A stretch of DNA of 64,000 nucleotides from the NCBI RefSeq assembly GCF_023055435.1, contig NW_025963813.1, positions 3,844,001-3,908,000 of the forward strand, given 5' to 3'. The position numbers and the translations under genes were made by a program. This DNA comes from Haliotis rufescens. Its lineage: Eukaryota. Every line of letters starts with the position of its first letter. Within the stretch, counting starts at the first letter, position 1. The notes below the pieces were generated by a model. The model was not told where the DNA came from. It ran no database searches and was given only the letters and a program-made list of their open reading frames with translations. Positions 39,533-52,770 of this stretch are shown here, in pieces.

Positions 39533-42500
39533 ATGTTACCATTGCTGTTCTTGGTCTTCGGGATTTTTCACTCAATCACTGCGGTTATAACAACAGGTAA
39601 GTATAGTTATACAAGTTTGTATTTGAGTCTTTAAGTGGTGAGGATTAACGCCGCTTTGAACAATGTTGCAGTTCTATCATGGTGTCAGTTAAGTATGGGA
39701 TGATATTATACAGTCCAAAGTGATGTAAGTCTTAGACCACTTTAGCGAAACCCATGGGTATTGTGATGACAAAACACTGATTATAATCAGTGCAAATCTG
39801 GGATTCGAACCCACGATAATCTGACCCTAGCACGGTAAGGGAAGTAACTCTTCAATTCAGAATTAATATTTTTTTTAAAATTTTAATGCCCCATTATTCC
39901 GGCTATATGGTAAATACCTGTAAATAATCGAGGCGGAACCAGGCAAGCTCTTAGTCGCCTTTATTAATATCTTATTAACTTTAGGTCAAGACATTTGACC
40001 TTGTATTAATATAAATATCCTCCCCGGCATAAGTTCGTACTTTACTTATGATGGCAAATGATGACAGCATCTTATTCCAGCCACCTCTTTTTCTTGAAAA
40101 AATGCTTTAATTTAGAGATTAATTGAAGCGCTATGTCAATCACATGGTGTCTAAATTATCGAATTTAAACTAAATTATTAAATGTATCCTGTACATACAA
40201 GATATTCTGAAAAAAAATGTGTTGTTAAAAATAATATTGACTGTTGGTGCTTGTTACAGAGAAAACCATTGTATGCCTTTAAACTTGGTCTTCGGCGTGA
40301 CAAAGTCTACTCTGTCTCACCGAGGAACAGTTTCACATTTATCATTACCATAGTAACTATTTATGACTGGATAAGGAACAAACCTTTACATGTACCTGAA
40401 CAAACTGATAACTTTTGATGGAACACAATAGTGAATGAGTGATCATGAATGCGGCGCCTTAGACGACTTAGACCATTGTGCCCATGTGAGGATTCGAACA
40501 CGGGTCATCGGCGTGACGAGCGAACGCCTTAACCACTTGGCTACCCCACCGCCCGACTACGTATTGACGAAAGAATGTATTGATTTCGGCGGCAGGGTCA
40601 ACGAGCCTGGTTGTTTCTACTTCCGGAATCTACAGTTTCGAGTGATTTCTCCGACTAAGATAGATAGATAATATCTCTAAAATTTTGCAAAGTGACCTAC
40701 ACTCGTGTCAGTTTGTTTAGCTTTTCTTCAGAATTGTTAGTGACTTCCTGGCTCAAAATCAACTGCAACAATAGCATGACGTCATCATATACACTCTTCA
40801 AAAAAGGAAAGTCACAGGTAAAGTTTTAGGAAATTTATTTGTTTCTCATAAAGTCGATATATGTAATTTAATATCATAGATACAAATATGAATTTGTGGA
40901 GCTCGATAGTCACATGTTATCGTTATACAAAGGAATTGAAAACTGTTCATTGTCAGGTCCCATAAGGCCACAAAGTTGCGCTGAACTCAGCATCTCGTGT
41001 GACCGCCCCTGGCAGCAATTACGGCTCTGCATCTCCTCGGCACTGGCTGGATAAGTGTACGAATTCTGTCCTGCGGAATTCTGCGCCCTTCTGCTTGTAA
41101 CGCTTTGGCCAGTTGTCTGCGGTGTGTTCTGACGTTGACGTACACGTCGATTGGAGTTCATCCCAGAGGTGCTCGATTGGGTTGAAATCTGGAGATCTCG
41201 ACGGCCAGGGCAAGGCGTTTATGTTGGCATTATGAAGGTAGTCTACCGTCACACGAACTGTGTGCGATGGGGCGTTGTCCTGTTGAAAGAGCTCCCTCAA
41301 GCGGTCAATGATTGGAAGAAGGTGAGATTGAAGAATTTGATTCATGTAGCGATTTGCTGTCAAATGTCCCTGAACCACATCGAAGTCATATCTCTTGGTG
41401 TAGGTTATGACCCCCACATCATGACACTACCGCCACCGAAATTGTCGAATTCACGTACACAATGTGGGGAAAAACGCTCATTTCGACGACGATAAACACG
41501 TTGTCTTCCATCTCGCCGGTGAAGAAGTAATCTTGATTCATCGTTTAACCACACTTGTCTCCAGGTTCTCAAATTCCAAGGCTTTAAGGTATGGCACCAA
41601 CGCAAGCGTCGCTGGATCTGTTGCAAAACAGGGACGATAACTGGTATTCTGGGTCGGATTCCAGCCTAGCGAAGATGGTTCCTGAAAGTCTGGTCCGATA
41701 TCCTCCTCAAACCAAGGTTGCGTCCTGCAGTCTCGTAGGTGTGGCACTGCGTTGATGTAGGTGGAACAGTCGAATGTAGCGATCCTGTGCAGGGGTGGTA
41801 ACTCTTGGTCTGCAGTGGAATTGAACTGTGTGTATCGGTCACAAAGACGGCAAATGGTGCTGTGGTGGGCGTTGAAGTGGCGTGCAACAGAAGACTGCGA
41901 TTCCCTTCTTTGGATACGTCCTATGGCGATGTTCCGATCGGCAGCGCTGAGTCTCGGCATTTTCGAACTTGAAAAATGATGACAACTGAATGACAAATTA
42001 TTGGCTTATGCTTGCCTTTTTCAGAGCCACTACTACGGGTTACGAATGCCATAACTTGCACGTGCATTTTGCTTTACTGTTTTCCTCAATGACATTATGA
42101 ACAGGTGTGAAAACAATGCCGTTTAAGACATTGCAAATCGACAATGGCTGCGTTTTGATGCACTGTTTGTCGAATATCAGGCCACCAATATTTTCCAATA
42201 ACAAATATTCAATTTATATTCCGTTTTTTTGTGTGTACATACTACACGTGCGTTCCTTTTTTTGAAGAGTGTATTACGGCGCGTGCCCATGATTGGTTAA
42301 TCCATACATGTGTTAATCCAGACGGTTTCACGGTTTTCCCACTAAATAGTGTGATCATGAATGGTCTCTCACTCAATTATCCCATGGGAATCCTGGGTTA
42401 GAATTATTCCCTATAATCAGGCGACTAGGTTCTGATTTGGCTGACTGTGTGTCACCTTCATCGTTACTCATGCTTTCATTCACTGGTTTGTCTGGTACAG

Positions 42501-42811
42501 GCTCGACAATTTACAGCTTTGATACCTCTGAGATAACAACGGCGTTAAACAAAATTCACTTTTTCACACTGTAACATCAGAACTATATGTTTTCAGGTCC
42601 CACAACCCCAAGCATGATTGCCAGCATTGAGCATTCAAACAGAATCACCACGCCTTCACACGACATCATCGCCAAATCGTTATCATCCCGCATCATGGCC
42701 TCTACAGTGTTGCTGAGGATATTATGCACTTACTGCCAGAAGATTGAAAGGAGTCATTATCAAGGCTACAGCTGTCAGACAGTGTGTGTGACGACGTCAT
42801 CGTCGGGGTGA
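39533..42811 (+). CDS. Predicted 92-aa secreted peptide with C-terminal CxxC-x12-CxxxC (exons 39533-39596, 42597-42811)
   Basis: TATATATAG at 39462. Exon 1 MLPLLFLVFGIFHSITAVITT G|GTAAGT (signal-peptide-like, phase 1). A phase-1 acceptor TTTTCAG at 42596 opens GPTTPSM..LCTYCQKIERSHYQGYSCQTVCVTTSSSG*. Confidence 0.6.
40431..40554 (-). mobile_element. Degenerate SINE family A
   Basis: ggattcgaacacgggtcatcggcgtgacgagcgaacgccttaaccacttggctaccccaccgccc. Confidence 0.75.
40792..42271 (-). mobile_element. Tc1/mariner (DD34E-type) transposon, full length, frameshifted transposase
   Basis: TIRs CACTCTTCAAAAAA(A)GGAA at both ends with flanking TA. Fragments MPRLSAADR..VARHF (HTH), WLNDESR, GGGSVMMWG, FQQDNAPSH, WPSRSPDFNPIEHLW. 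Confidence 0.93.
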
Positions 42812-43156
42812 CACTCACGAAGTTCTACCACTCACTGTTAAGATAGGACTTCAAGTATACAAAATAATGGTGCCAGTTAAAGGAGGCCTGACTAGTGTCG
42901 TTAAGGAGTTGATTCGTCACGCTGAACATCCGCGGTTCTTTTCCCAATATGGGTAATCATGAACTCAATGAGACATTGACGATATCTACTGAGGGTAATC
43001 ATGACTTGCTAGATTTATGTTCATCCTAACATTGTGAAACATTAAAGTGGTGTTTGATTTGATTGAATCAGACTTCCTGGGACTAATCGGTACCAAAAGC
43101 GAGTCTCTTTTAAAGGTATCAGAAAATGGAGTAATCAGAAACTTTTTACTAGATGG

Positions 43157-43196
<40 letters not shown>

Positions 43197-43198
43197 TG
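43157..43198. repeat. (GCGT)n microsatellite
   Basis: Direct reading. Confidence 0.9.
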
Positions 43199-43364
43199 TA
43201 TATATTGATAACAGTTATAACCAAGCCCAGACAAAATCACTGGGTAACAACGAAAGCAACGATCTATAGTGTTTGTTTTTTGTTTTTTTTATAAACAGTA
43301 ACCGCGTTAATCTGGGCGGTATTAAAACGGGTAAACGAGTCATGGATACGAATTTAAACATGCC

Positions 43365-44750
43365 AACACAGACACTACATCCCATGTCGATTGTGTTTGT
43401 AACTGTAAAGCCTACACAGACACTCAATCCCATGTCTACTGTGTGTGTTACAGTAAAGCCTACACAGACACTACAATCCATGTCCTCTGTGTATGTTACC
43501 GTAAAGACTACACAGACATTCAATCCCATGTCTAGTGTGTGAGTTACTGTAAAGCCTACACAGACACTACAATGCATGTCCTCTGTGTATGTTACTGTAA
43601 AGCCTACACGGATACTACAATCCATGTCCTCTGTGTATGTTACAGTAAAGCCTACACAGACACTCCGATCCATGTCCTCTGTGTATGTTACAGTTAAGCC
43701 TACACAGACACTCCATCCCATGTCCAGTGTGTATGTTACAGTAAAGCCTACACAGACACTCCATCCCATGTCCAGTGTGTATATTACCGTAAAGCCTACA
43801 CAGACACTACAATCCATGTCCTCTGTGTATGTTACCGTAAAGCCTACACAGACACTCCATCCCATGTCCAGTGTGTGTGTTACAGTAAAGCCTACACAGA
43901 CACTACGATCCATGTCCACTGTGTGTGTTACAGTAAAGCCTACAGAGACACTACAATCCATGTCCTCTGTGTATGTTACCGTAAAGCCTACACAGACACT
44001 ACGATCCATGTCCACTGTGTGTGTTACAGTAAAGCCTACAGAGACACTACAATCCATGTCCACTGTGTATGTTACCGTAAAGCCTACACAGACACTACAA
44101 TCCATGTCCTCTGTGTGTGTTACAGTAAAGCCTACACAGACACTACAATCCATGTCCTCTGTGTATGTTACAGTAAAGCCTACACAGACACTACAATCCA
44201 TGTCCTCTGTGTGTGTTACAGTAAAGCCTACACAGACACTACAATCCATGTCCTCTGTGTGTGTTACCGTAAAGCCTACACAGACACTACAATCCATGTC
44301 CTCTGTGTATGTTACAGTAAAGCCTACACAGACACTCCTTCCCATGTCCAGTGTGTGGGTTACAGTAAAGCCTACACAGACACTACAATCCATGTCCTCT
44401 GTGTATGTTACCGCAAAGCCTTCACAGACACTACAACCCATGTCCACTGTGTGTGTTACAGTAAAGCCTACACGGACACTATGATCCATGTCAAGTGTGT
44501 ATGTTACTGTAAAGCCTACACAGACACTCCATCCCATGTCCACTGTGTGTGTTACAGTAACGCCTACACAGACACTGCAATCCATGTCCTCTGTGTATGT
44601 TACAGTAACGCCTACTCGGACACTGCAATCTATGTCCACTGTGTGTGCTACAGTAAAGCCTACACAGACACTACGATCTATGTCCACTGTGTGTGTTACA
44701 GTAAAGCCGACACAGACACTACAATCCATATCCACTGTGTTTGTCACAAG
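43365..44750. repeat. 48-bp minisatellite, ~29 copies
   Basis: Unit gtaaagcctacacagacactacaatccatgtcctctgtgtatgttaca; 16-aa periodicity in the ORF track. Confidence 0.95.
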
Positions 44751-45599
44751 TGTCTAAGCTCAACTGAAAAAAATCCTCTTTAATGGAGCATATTACTCAT
44801 TGCCTCTCAGGAGATCTCTGGGCGCTGAATAATTGTGTAACTTAATATAATTAATGCCTAACTCAGAACTTATTTCACTGAGTAGGTCCAGGTCAGAGGT
44901 CAACAAATTCGGCGCCTGTGGGCATGATGTCAGGGAGCGTGGGCGTTGAGCCGGATGCCGCGTTGAGATCCGGACGGAGTACCAGGAAATGTCGCTATGA
45001 TCATTTTTACAGCCTCTTTACTGAGGAATGTTATTATGATCCAACCGCAAGCTGTTCTAACCGTATCTGAATGAGAACTTCCTTACACAGTTACGGCAAT
45101 CGTCGAAATTATGTTTTTTATCTACATTAATATCCAAACAAACTATAAAAAACAATTGACGACGGTTATGGAGCTCAGATACCCATTTGTCACATACACA
45201 TGCGAAACAGCTGGCCAGATATCAGTTATCCAATCTAGAAGTAATCATTGATATCGAGATCGTTAAGAACGATAACTGAGTTAACCCTGTTAGTGGAAAT
45301 TGCTTGTTATTATCCATTATGCACACGGTTTCTGGGGTCGCACGGTCTTGTACACTTAGCCGTCGTGATTATTGAGGTTTTGCATAAGATTGGGGGCACA
45401 GCCTTTCTAAGTAGATAACAGGGTTTCGAAATGTTTAAATTTAAAATCATGAATGTTACATTTGTGAGATAAAAAACATTATAACTATCTATGTCTGAAT
45501 CTGTGTATAATTATATGGCTGCAAAATAGCCGATGCGACTGTCTTTATGTGCATATGTACACGTCTAAATCTGCATATGTAGCTATCTAATTCTGCGTA

Positions 45600-46020
45600 T
45601 TTTTTAGCCTTCATGTGCATGTGTATCTGTCTACACCTGTATCTAGTTTTGCATATGCATCTGTCTACATCTGCATGTGTATCTGTCTATATCTGCAAAT
45701 GTAGCTGTCTACAACTGCATATGTAGCTGTCTACATCTGCATATGTAGCTGTCTACATCTACATATGTTTCTGCCTACATCTGCATGTGTATCTGTCTAC
45801 ATCTGCATATATAGCTGTCTACATCTGCATATGTAGCTGTCTACATTTGCATATATAGCTGTCTACATCTGCATATGTAGCTGTCTACATCAGATCTGCA
45901 TATATAGCTGTCTACATCTGCATATGCAGCTGTCTAATTCTGCAAATGGATCTGTCTACATCTGTATGTGTAGCTGTCTGAATCTGCATGTGTATATCTC
46001 TACATCTGCATATGTATCTG
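45600..46020. repeat. 22-bp minisatellite (atctgcatatgtagctgtctac)n
   Basis: Direct reading; degenerate at the edges. Confidence 0.88.
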
Positions 46021-46298
46021 TCCAATTCACATTCACATGATGAAAATAACTCAAAATCAGCCATGTGATCACAAACGACAACAGGATATTCCAGTTTTCA
46101 TCTGCCTATACAAATAACACGAGAAATTAGATTTAAATACTTTAAATGGCTCTTATCTGAGGTCACGGTGCTTATTAAGTCGGTGCAATTACACTTTCCA
46201 AACGCTCGATAAACTATCTCGGATAAACTACACGTGCCGGAAGCCCATAAATAGAGATATTTGACAACCCTCGCCCCCAGTTTCACTCAAGCTTCAGC

Positions 46299-49200
46299 AT
46301 GGGGAGGTCAGTTGTAGTTGCTGTTCTGTGTGTCGTGGTGGTAGTGTCGGGCGCTGTTCATGACGACACTCAAGTTTCGCAGCTGAGAGAAGAAGTCAAT
46401 AAACTGAAACGACGAGGTATTAAAGCTGATTTGAGGAAAATATCCAACCAGTTACGGGGATTGGAAAGCATGTTGAGGCGTGTGGAAAGAGGTGTTGCAG
46501 AACAAAAGGTTTGTCTCCGTGACCAAGGTGACTCAATTCAAAATATCATGAACCACTGCTGCGTCGGAGACAGAACTTCTGGTTCAACGGAATCGCCCTC
46601 TGAAAACGTCATTTCCACTACTGAAGCTCCCGACCGTAAGCGAAGTTTATTAACCAAAGAAGCCTTTTAACTGTTATTTGAGATGCAAGCACAAATAATT
46701 CGTCACTACTCGGCCCTTTTCGTAACCTGTAATTGATGTGTCACCACACGCGCCTTTCCGTAACCTGTAATTGATTTCGTCACCAATCGGTCATTTTCCT
46801 TACCTGTAATTGATTTCGTCACCAATCGTCCTTTTCCTTACCTGTAATTGATTTCGTCACCAATCGTCCTTTTCCTTACCTGTAATTGATTTCGTCACCA
46901 ATCGGTTCCTTCCGCAATCTGTAATTGATTTCGTCACCTCTCGCCCCTTTCCGTAACCTCGATTTCATCCACACTAGCCCCTTTCCGTAACCTGTAAGTG
47001 ATTTCGTCACCACTCGCCCCTTTCCGTAACCTCTATTTGATTTTGTCCCAACTCGCCCCTTTCCGTAACCTGTAAATAATTTCGTCACAATCGGCTCTTT
47101 CCGTAACCTGTCAATTATTTCGTCAATTCGTGACCAACTCGTGTTTTCCCGGGACAAGCCGAATAGTGACTCGTGCCCCTCTCGTGGCCCTTTTTGCGAC
47201 CGGGTTCCGTCTTAGCGCAAACGGGCATACCTAAAACAATTGTCAACTCGTTGCGTCATAGTTCACATATAATTCCCCATATAATATATATATGCAGATG
47301 CAATTTAAAGCACATTGTGACATGCGGAATAATACAGTATGATTGAACAAATTTAACTGTGTCTTGGGTATATTTTTAGATGCAAGACATATGTAAAATC
47401 CAAAATTATTTCTGAGGGATTCTTTGACGAAAAACTTGAAATCATACGCGCATTCTGAATGGTTTGTCTTATTTTCGCACATAACATTCATCGAAAGGGG
47501 GACGAGTCTTCTTACAGGTTACGGAAAGGGGCGAGTGGTGACGAATGTTATTTCGTCACCACTCGCCCATTTCTATCACTAGCCCATGGGATCATCCAGA
47601 AAGTGCGTATTGTTCGAGGTTCCTTGTTCTAATTATGCTTGTCAAATAATTTTGGTTATTGGTATAACTAATTAATTAACATTTCGCACGACGTACGCGT
47701 GTTATGAATGCAAGAGTGTAACAAAGGTGTCACGTGCCGGGAAGGAGCTTGGTTTCTGGCGTGCCTTTTGGCAACAACTCTGCCCAGTGGCGCCTCACAC
47801 GATTGGGCCAACTGCTTTACAAAAACTACTGCACATCACCGACAATCATTCGAACCCATCACCTAATTCAATAGGTCCTTTCGAGCTTGTGCATAACTGG
47901 CAATATGGGACCTTTGACACCTCAGACTGATTTACCAGATTGATGAGTTCTTACATTTGCTCTTAAGGGATACACTAGTAACAATCTGTGTATGTGCAGG
48001 TGCGTGCGTGCGCGCGTTTGTGTGTGTGCGTGCGTGCGTGTGTGTGTGTGTATGTGCGTGCGTGCGTGCGTGTGTGCGTGTGTGTGTATGTGTGTAGGCA
48101 CACAATTTGACTTGGACCCACACCAAAAATACACAATTTTTAAGCAAATCCAGTGAAAACAGAAAAACCCTGAGGCATCTTTATTGTTCCAGTATCCCTT
48201 TTTATTTTATACTTAACATGGACAAGCTGTGAATTTGACCGATCTTTCACGACGGACTGTCCATGAAAAAGTTGTGAAAGGCATCGCGCAGACACTTTCA
48301 TCGCTTATAAATTCTTCTAATCGACTGTACCAATTGGGCTGTTGTATCATGTTGAGTAGGACACTCCAACATGAAGGATCACGTTCTCTTTTCCAGAGCA
48401 ACTGTCACCAACTGTAGTCGTCGTTGTCGGGACAACGCGCACGACGATTGAGCTGGTGATGACACCCTCTTCTAACTATGGGGACCGAGAGGTCACATGG
48501 TATCAAGTTCGGCATAATACTTCCGGTTACGATGTCGTCTACTCTGTTGTTGGTAAGTAATAGACACGTCACATTGATACCCCTTACGGAAAGATGCGAA
48601 TGCTGCCGAATGATGTAAGTACGATTAAAAAAACGACAATACCAATGCACAGTCATTAACGTTTTAATATTAACAAATCTACGACTCTGTTTGCTTTTAG
48701 GTAGTCAAACGGACATTCGTCATTTTGTGGTGACGGGTTTGGTGCCCAACACGCAATACACTTTTCAAGTGACTGCATGGTACAGCGCTAACGACGGAGA
48801 GATTGCAAACGTCACAGCAAAAACACTGCGTGGGAGTAAGTATATAAACTATATAAGTATATAATCTACACTGTCACACACCTCTGTAAATATACTCTTC
48901 AAAAAAGGAAACGTAATACGGATATTTGGGCCATAAAATCAAAATAAGCAGAACCAAGAGGTCCAAAATGAAGAGGTTTGATGTATTATAGTGTCAGTGA
49001 CAAAGTTCCCGGATCAAAATGATCACAACAAGGACATGCAAACCATTAGTCGGGAAACACGTACGATTCGGAAAAATGCACCCAGTGCAGTAACAAAAGG
49101 GACATGGAGCAGCAGCACTATGAACGGTATTAAAGTGCAGGGTTTTTGATTGCCTGGCATCTGCGTCAATCGAACAGTGACAGTTCAACAACATGTCAAG

Positions 49201-51960
49201 ATTAACAGAAGTGCAAAGAAACAACCTCATAGGCCGCTTGCAGGCAGAGGAATCCCGATCAGCTGTTGCCAGGGTTTTCAATGTAGCGCCCAGCACCATC
49301 ACAAGGCTATGGGATCGGTTTCAACAGCATGGGTCAACACGCGATCGGCCAAGGTCGGGACGACCAAGAGTAACAACCCCCGCCCATGATCGCTACATCC
49401 AACTGCTCCACCTACGTGAAAGGACAGCAACCTAGGCCAACCGCATCCCAAATATCCGGACTGCGCAGAATCCCCGACCAGACCGTACGAAACAGTTTAA
49501 GAGTAGCAGGTCTACGAGCAAGACGTCATATTGGCGTCAACACAGGGTATGGCCTCAACTGCGATGGAGAGATGTATTGTTCAGCGACGAATAAAGATTT
49601 CTCCTCCGTCGAGGGGATGGAAGAGCACAGCTCTGCAGACGTCGGGGAGAACGTTACGCCGGAAACTGCGTACAGGAAGTGGACAGGTTTGGTGGGGGTA
49701 GCGTTACGATGTGGGCGGCTATCTCTCCTCATGGCAGGACAGGTTTGAACATATCCAAGGCAATCTCAGGACTCAATGATACATCAACGAATTTCGCATA
49801 CCACAAGTCCTCCCAATTGCAGCCAACGGCAACAGGAGCCTGTCTACACAACAACAACGTTGATGTTCTCCCCTGGCCCTCCTGATCCCCGGATTTGAAC
49901 CCGAAAGAGCACCTGTAGGATGAGTTGGATAGACGGCTACGCCGACGTCAACCACAACCCCAGACGTTGCAGCAGTTGGCTTTTGCGTTAAAGGCCGTGT
50001 GGGCTACCATTCCCAAGGATGTGATTTGCATACTCGTCCCTTCCATGGGCAGGAGATGTCAGGCCGCTATCGATTCCAACAGGGAACATACGCATAATTG
50101 ATGGCAGCTGACTTTTCCTATGTACCGATAACTAAGATGACAACAATCACCAACAACATTTTGGCTCTATACCTTTCACGGTTTCTCGTATAAATGTATT
50201 TTCCTAGCTCACACAAACCCATGCTTGTCGTAAATGGCGACGATGCTTGTGGTAAGAGGCGAATAACGGGATCGAGTTGTCAGACTCGCTGACTTGGTTG
50301 ATGCATGTCATCGTATCTCCATTGCTTAGATCGATGCTTATGATTTCACAATCACTGGACTGTCTGGTCCTGACTCGATTATTTACAGACCGCCGTCATA
50401 TAGCTGGAATATTGCTGAGTGCGGCGTTAAAAAACAAACAAACCAAACAACAAAAGCTCCATAAAAATCTGTTTTTTAGGAGTATATAATTAGATTACCC
50501 TACCTCCCCGTGAGGATTCATGGGCGCGGATTGCCCAGTCGTCTGAGGCACCGCAAGTCGATGTCCATAGTCTGTTGTAGCGACTAAAGAACTTTGTTTC
50601 AGCCGTCCCGTCAGCTCCAGTCGTCAACATTGGTGAACTCACAAACAACTCTGTGGAGTTGCTGATGTCCAAGCCAGCATCTGATGAAGACGTGGACGTC
50701 GATTCCTATGTTATTGTTTATCCACGTATGACAAATGAGCATCGCTTCAACGTAAAAATCAGTAAGTATTTCCATACAGGTTAAGTTGGAGTTTAACGTC
50801 GCGTCCAAGATTATTGCCTCATACAGCGACGTGCGTGTGTGCGTCGAGCGCTCTTGTCCTTGTCCGAACGTCTATTGTGCTGACCCACTGAGATACCGTG
50901 ACACAGATTAACATGGATAATCTAATGTCTCCATGCCGACCAGTCCGTGTTGTATCCTCTTAATGCCGAACGCCAGGAAACAACAAGTACAATTTCTTTT
51001 GATGGCTTGGTCGCATCTCACAACTGAAAGAGTTGTGAGATAATTATTGCTGTAGAACGGTCACAACAATGAGATCGACTTGTTTCAGATCTGTATTTCA
51101 ATATGAGCAATATGTCAATTGTAAAATTAAAAAAGAAATACAGAAAATTAACACAGGAGACGATTTCCCATTTTTTAACTTTATATGGAAATATGTAGTA
51201 TGCGAAGTTTAGCCTTTTTCTTGCGTTTAGCTTGCCGGCATCCAGTAATGCCTGATAATTCAGCACCATACTAGCGTGTAACACCGAGGTGACTGAACAT
51301 ATACAATCTGATCCTTAAATATGCCCTCACATTGCAATATCACCGAAGTTCTGTGGGTCAAACACTTCACTTAAGCCAACGTGAGTTAATATATACCTAA
51401 TTTCTTGGAGGTGATTGTTAGCATTGTAAACCCTTGATGTTTTATCATGGCCAGGTGAGCTTACACACGGTATTTAAAATTCACAGCGCCACCTGTCACC
51501 AGATTTTGGGTCAACAGTACGTGGCCACAGACTATTCAGGTTCAAGCAGCAGCTGGTAGGGAGACTGGACCAGAAGTGCTTGTTCTTGCTTCTCCTTTAT
51601 CGGACCGTAAGTTGATGAGGAAATCAGTTTCTCGTGTGTTGCTCATGCTCTACTTCGCCATTACTGTGGCCGGATGTTGTCAGACTTTAAGGGCGGGTAA
51701 CTCTGACCATACTCCAGTACCGGTGACATTTTGAAAAACGTTTCTGTATCCTGCCTTTGATATTTTTTGCTGGATTTTTATGATGCACTAATTTGACATA
51801 TTGCTGGAGGAAAATGAACAAACTCGAGAGCAATACATGTAATGAAACATGATAGGACGGCCATCTTGTCTGAGAACGTGTGGGGGACAAGTTTTCTTCT
51901 CACTGAAAATGCAGAATGATTGTTTTGCTTCTTTATTTACTTTCAAATCCAGGTGGTTGA
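46299..51960 (+). CDS. Secreted coiled-coil + two fibronectin type III domain protein (~304 aa; exons 46299-46635, 48397-48552, 48701-48835, 50603-50761, 51487-51606; last exon uncertain, 51953-51960 or 53101-53120)
   Basis: Signal peptide MGRSVVVAVLCVVVVVSG and heptad region. All introns are phase 1 with AG/GTAAG sites, and internal exons are multiples of 3. FN3 hallmarks: TTIELVMTP..WYQV, FVVTGLVPNTQYTFQVTAW, VPSAPVV..TNNSVEL..VDSYVIVY. Confidence 0.85.
46700..47572. mobile_element. Foldback/MITE-like element built from a ~38-bp tandem repeat with an inverted copy
   Basis: About 11 copies of cccctttccgtaacctgtaattgatttcgtcaccactcg (46700-47130); reverse-complement copy acaggttacggaaaggggcgagtggtgacgaa at ~47514-47545. 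Confidence 0.65.
47987..48095. repeat. Compound (GT)n/(GCGT)n microsatellite
   Basis: Direct reading. Confidence 0.9.
48893..50207 (+). mobile_element. Tc1/mariner copy, decayed, right TIR not found (intron 3 of the FN3 gene)
   Basis: Left TIR tactcttcaaaaaaggaaacg; MSRLTEVQR..VARVFNVAPSTITRLWDRF..RPRSGRPRVTT, GGGSVTMWA, VLPWPS. Confidence 0.9.
50215..50452 (+). mobile_element. SINE-like family C, 5'-truncated
   Basis: Homologous to 57213-57480; tail gctggaatattgctgagtgcggcgttaaa(aac)n. Confidence 0.82.
50785..51015 (-). mobile_element. Degenerate SINE family D
   Basis: Reverse complement of the body and tail of 62729-63069. Confidence 0.7.
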
Positions 51961-52319
51961 TGCTAAATAAACTCAGTATAACTCTGTGAAAACCCTTACA
52001 TAATCAGGTGAGTTTTCCAGGTTTGTCACCTCCATAACCGTGGTCGTGTGTTTCACCACAAATTTATATACGTCTTTGACTTGCATCACTTCATAAAAAA
52101 AATCCCCAAATATTCATAATCCCTATCTTAGTGCGAAATACAATAATATCATTACAATATATGTTAAAATGTCAAGTTTAGTATTTTCTGTTCTTAGAAC
52201 AACCATTGTGGTTATCTTTTCTTTTCAATCATTCAAGACGTATATAACTATTCCAAGATTCCAAGGTGAGGTCAAGCGCTCTAAGATGTATTTGTTTTAT
52301 TTCATCTTTAGAGAAAACT

Positions 52320-52770
52320 ACTCCGTAAGGTTCGGTGTAGCAATTGGTCTTCCACACTCCGCATTTGTCGTAGGAGGTGACTAAGCTTGTCGTAAGAGGC
52401 GACTATGCTTGTCGTAAGAGGTGACTATGCTTGTCGTAAGAGGCGACTATGCTTGTCGTAAGAGGTGACTATGCTTGTCGTAAGAGGTGACTATGCTTGT
52501 CGTAAGAGGCGACTATGCTTGTCGTAAGAGGTGACTATGCTTGTCGTAAGAGGTGACTATGCTTGTCGTAAGAGGTGACTATGCTTGTCGTAAGAGGTGA
52601 CTATGCTTGTCGTAAGAGGCGACTGTGCTTGTCGTAAGAGGCGAATATGCTTGTCGTAAGAGGTGACTCACTGGATTGTCTGGTCCAGATTCGTTTATTT
52701 ACAGAATGTTGTCATAAAGCTTCAAAATATTGCTGAGTGTAACGTTAAACACAAACAAACAAACAAAACC
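52320..52770 (+). mobile_element. SINE-like family C copy with internal 22-bp tandem expansion (52362-52668)
   Basis: About 14 copies of gcttgtcgtaagaggygactat, followed by the family C body and (aaac)n tail. Confidence 0.85.

Noticed and set aside
50671-50710. CTGATGA as a hammerhead ribozyme core
   Set aside because: No properly placed GAAA or stems; it lies within an FN3 coding exon
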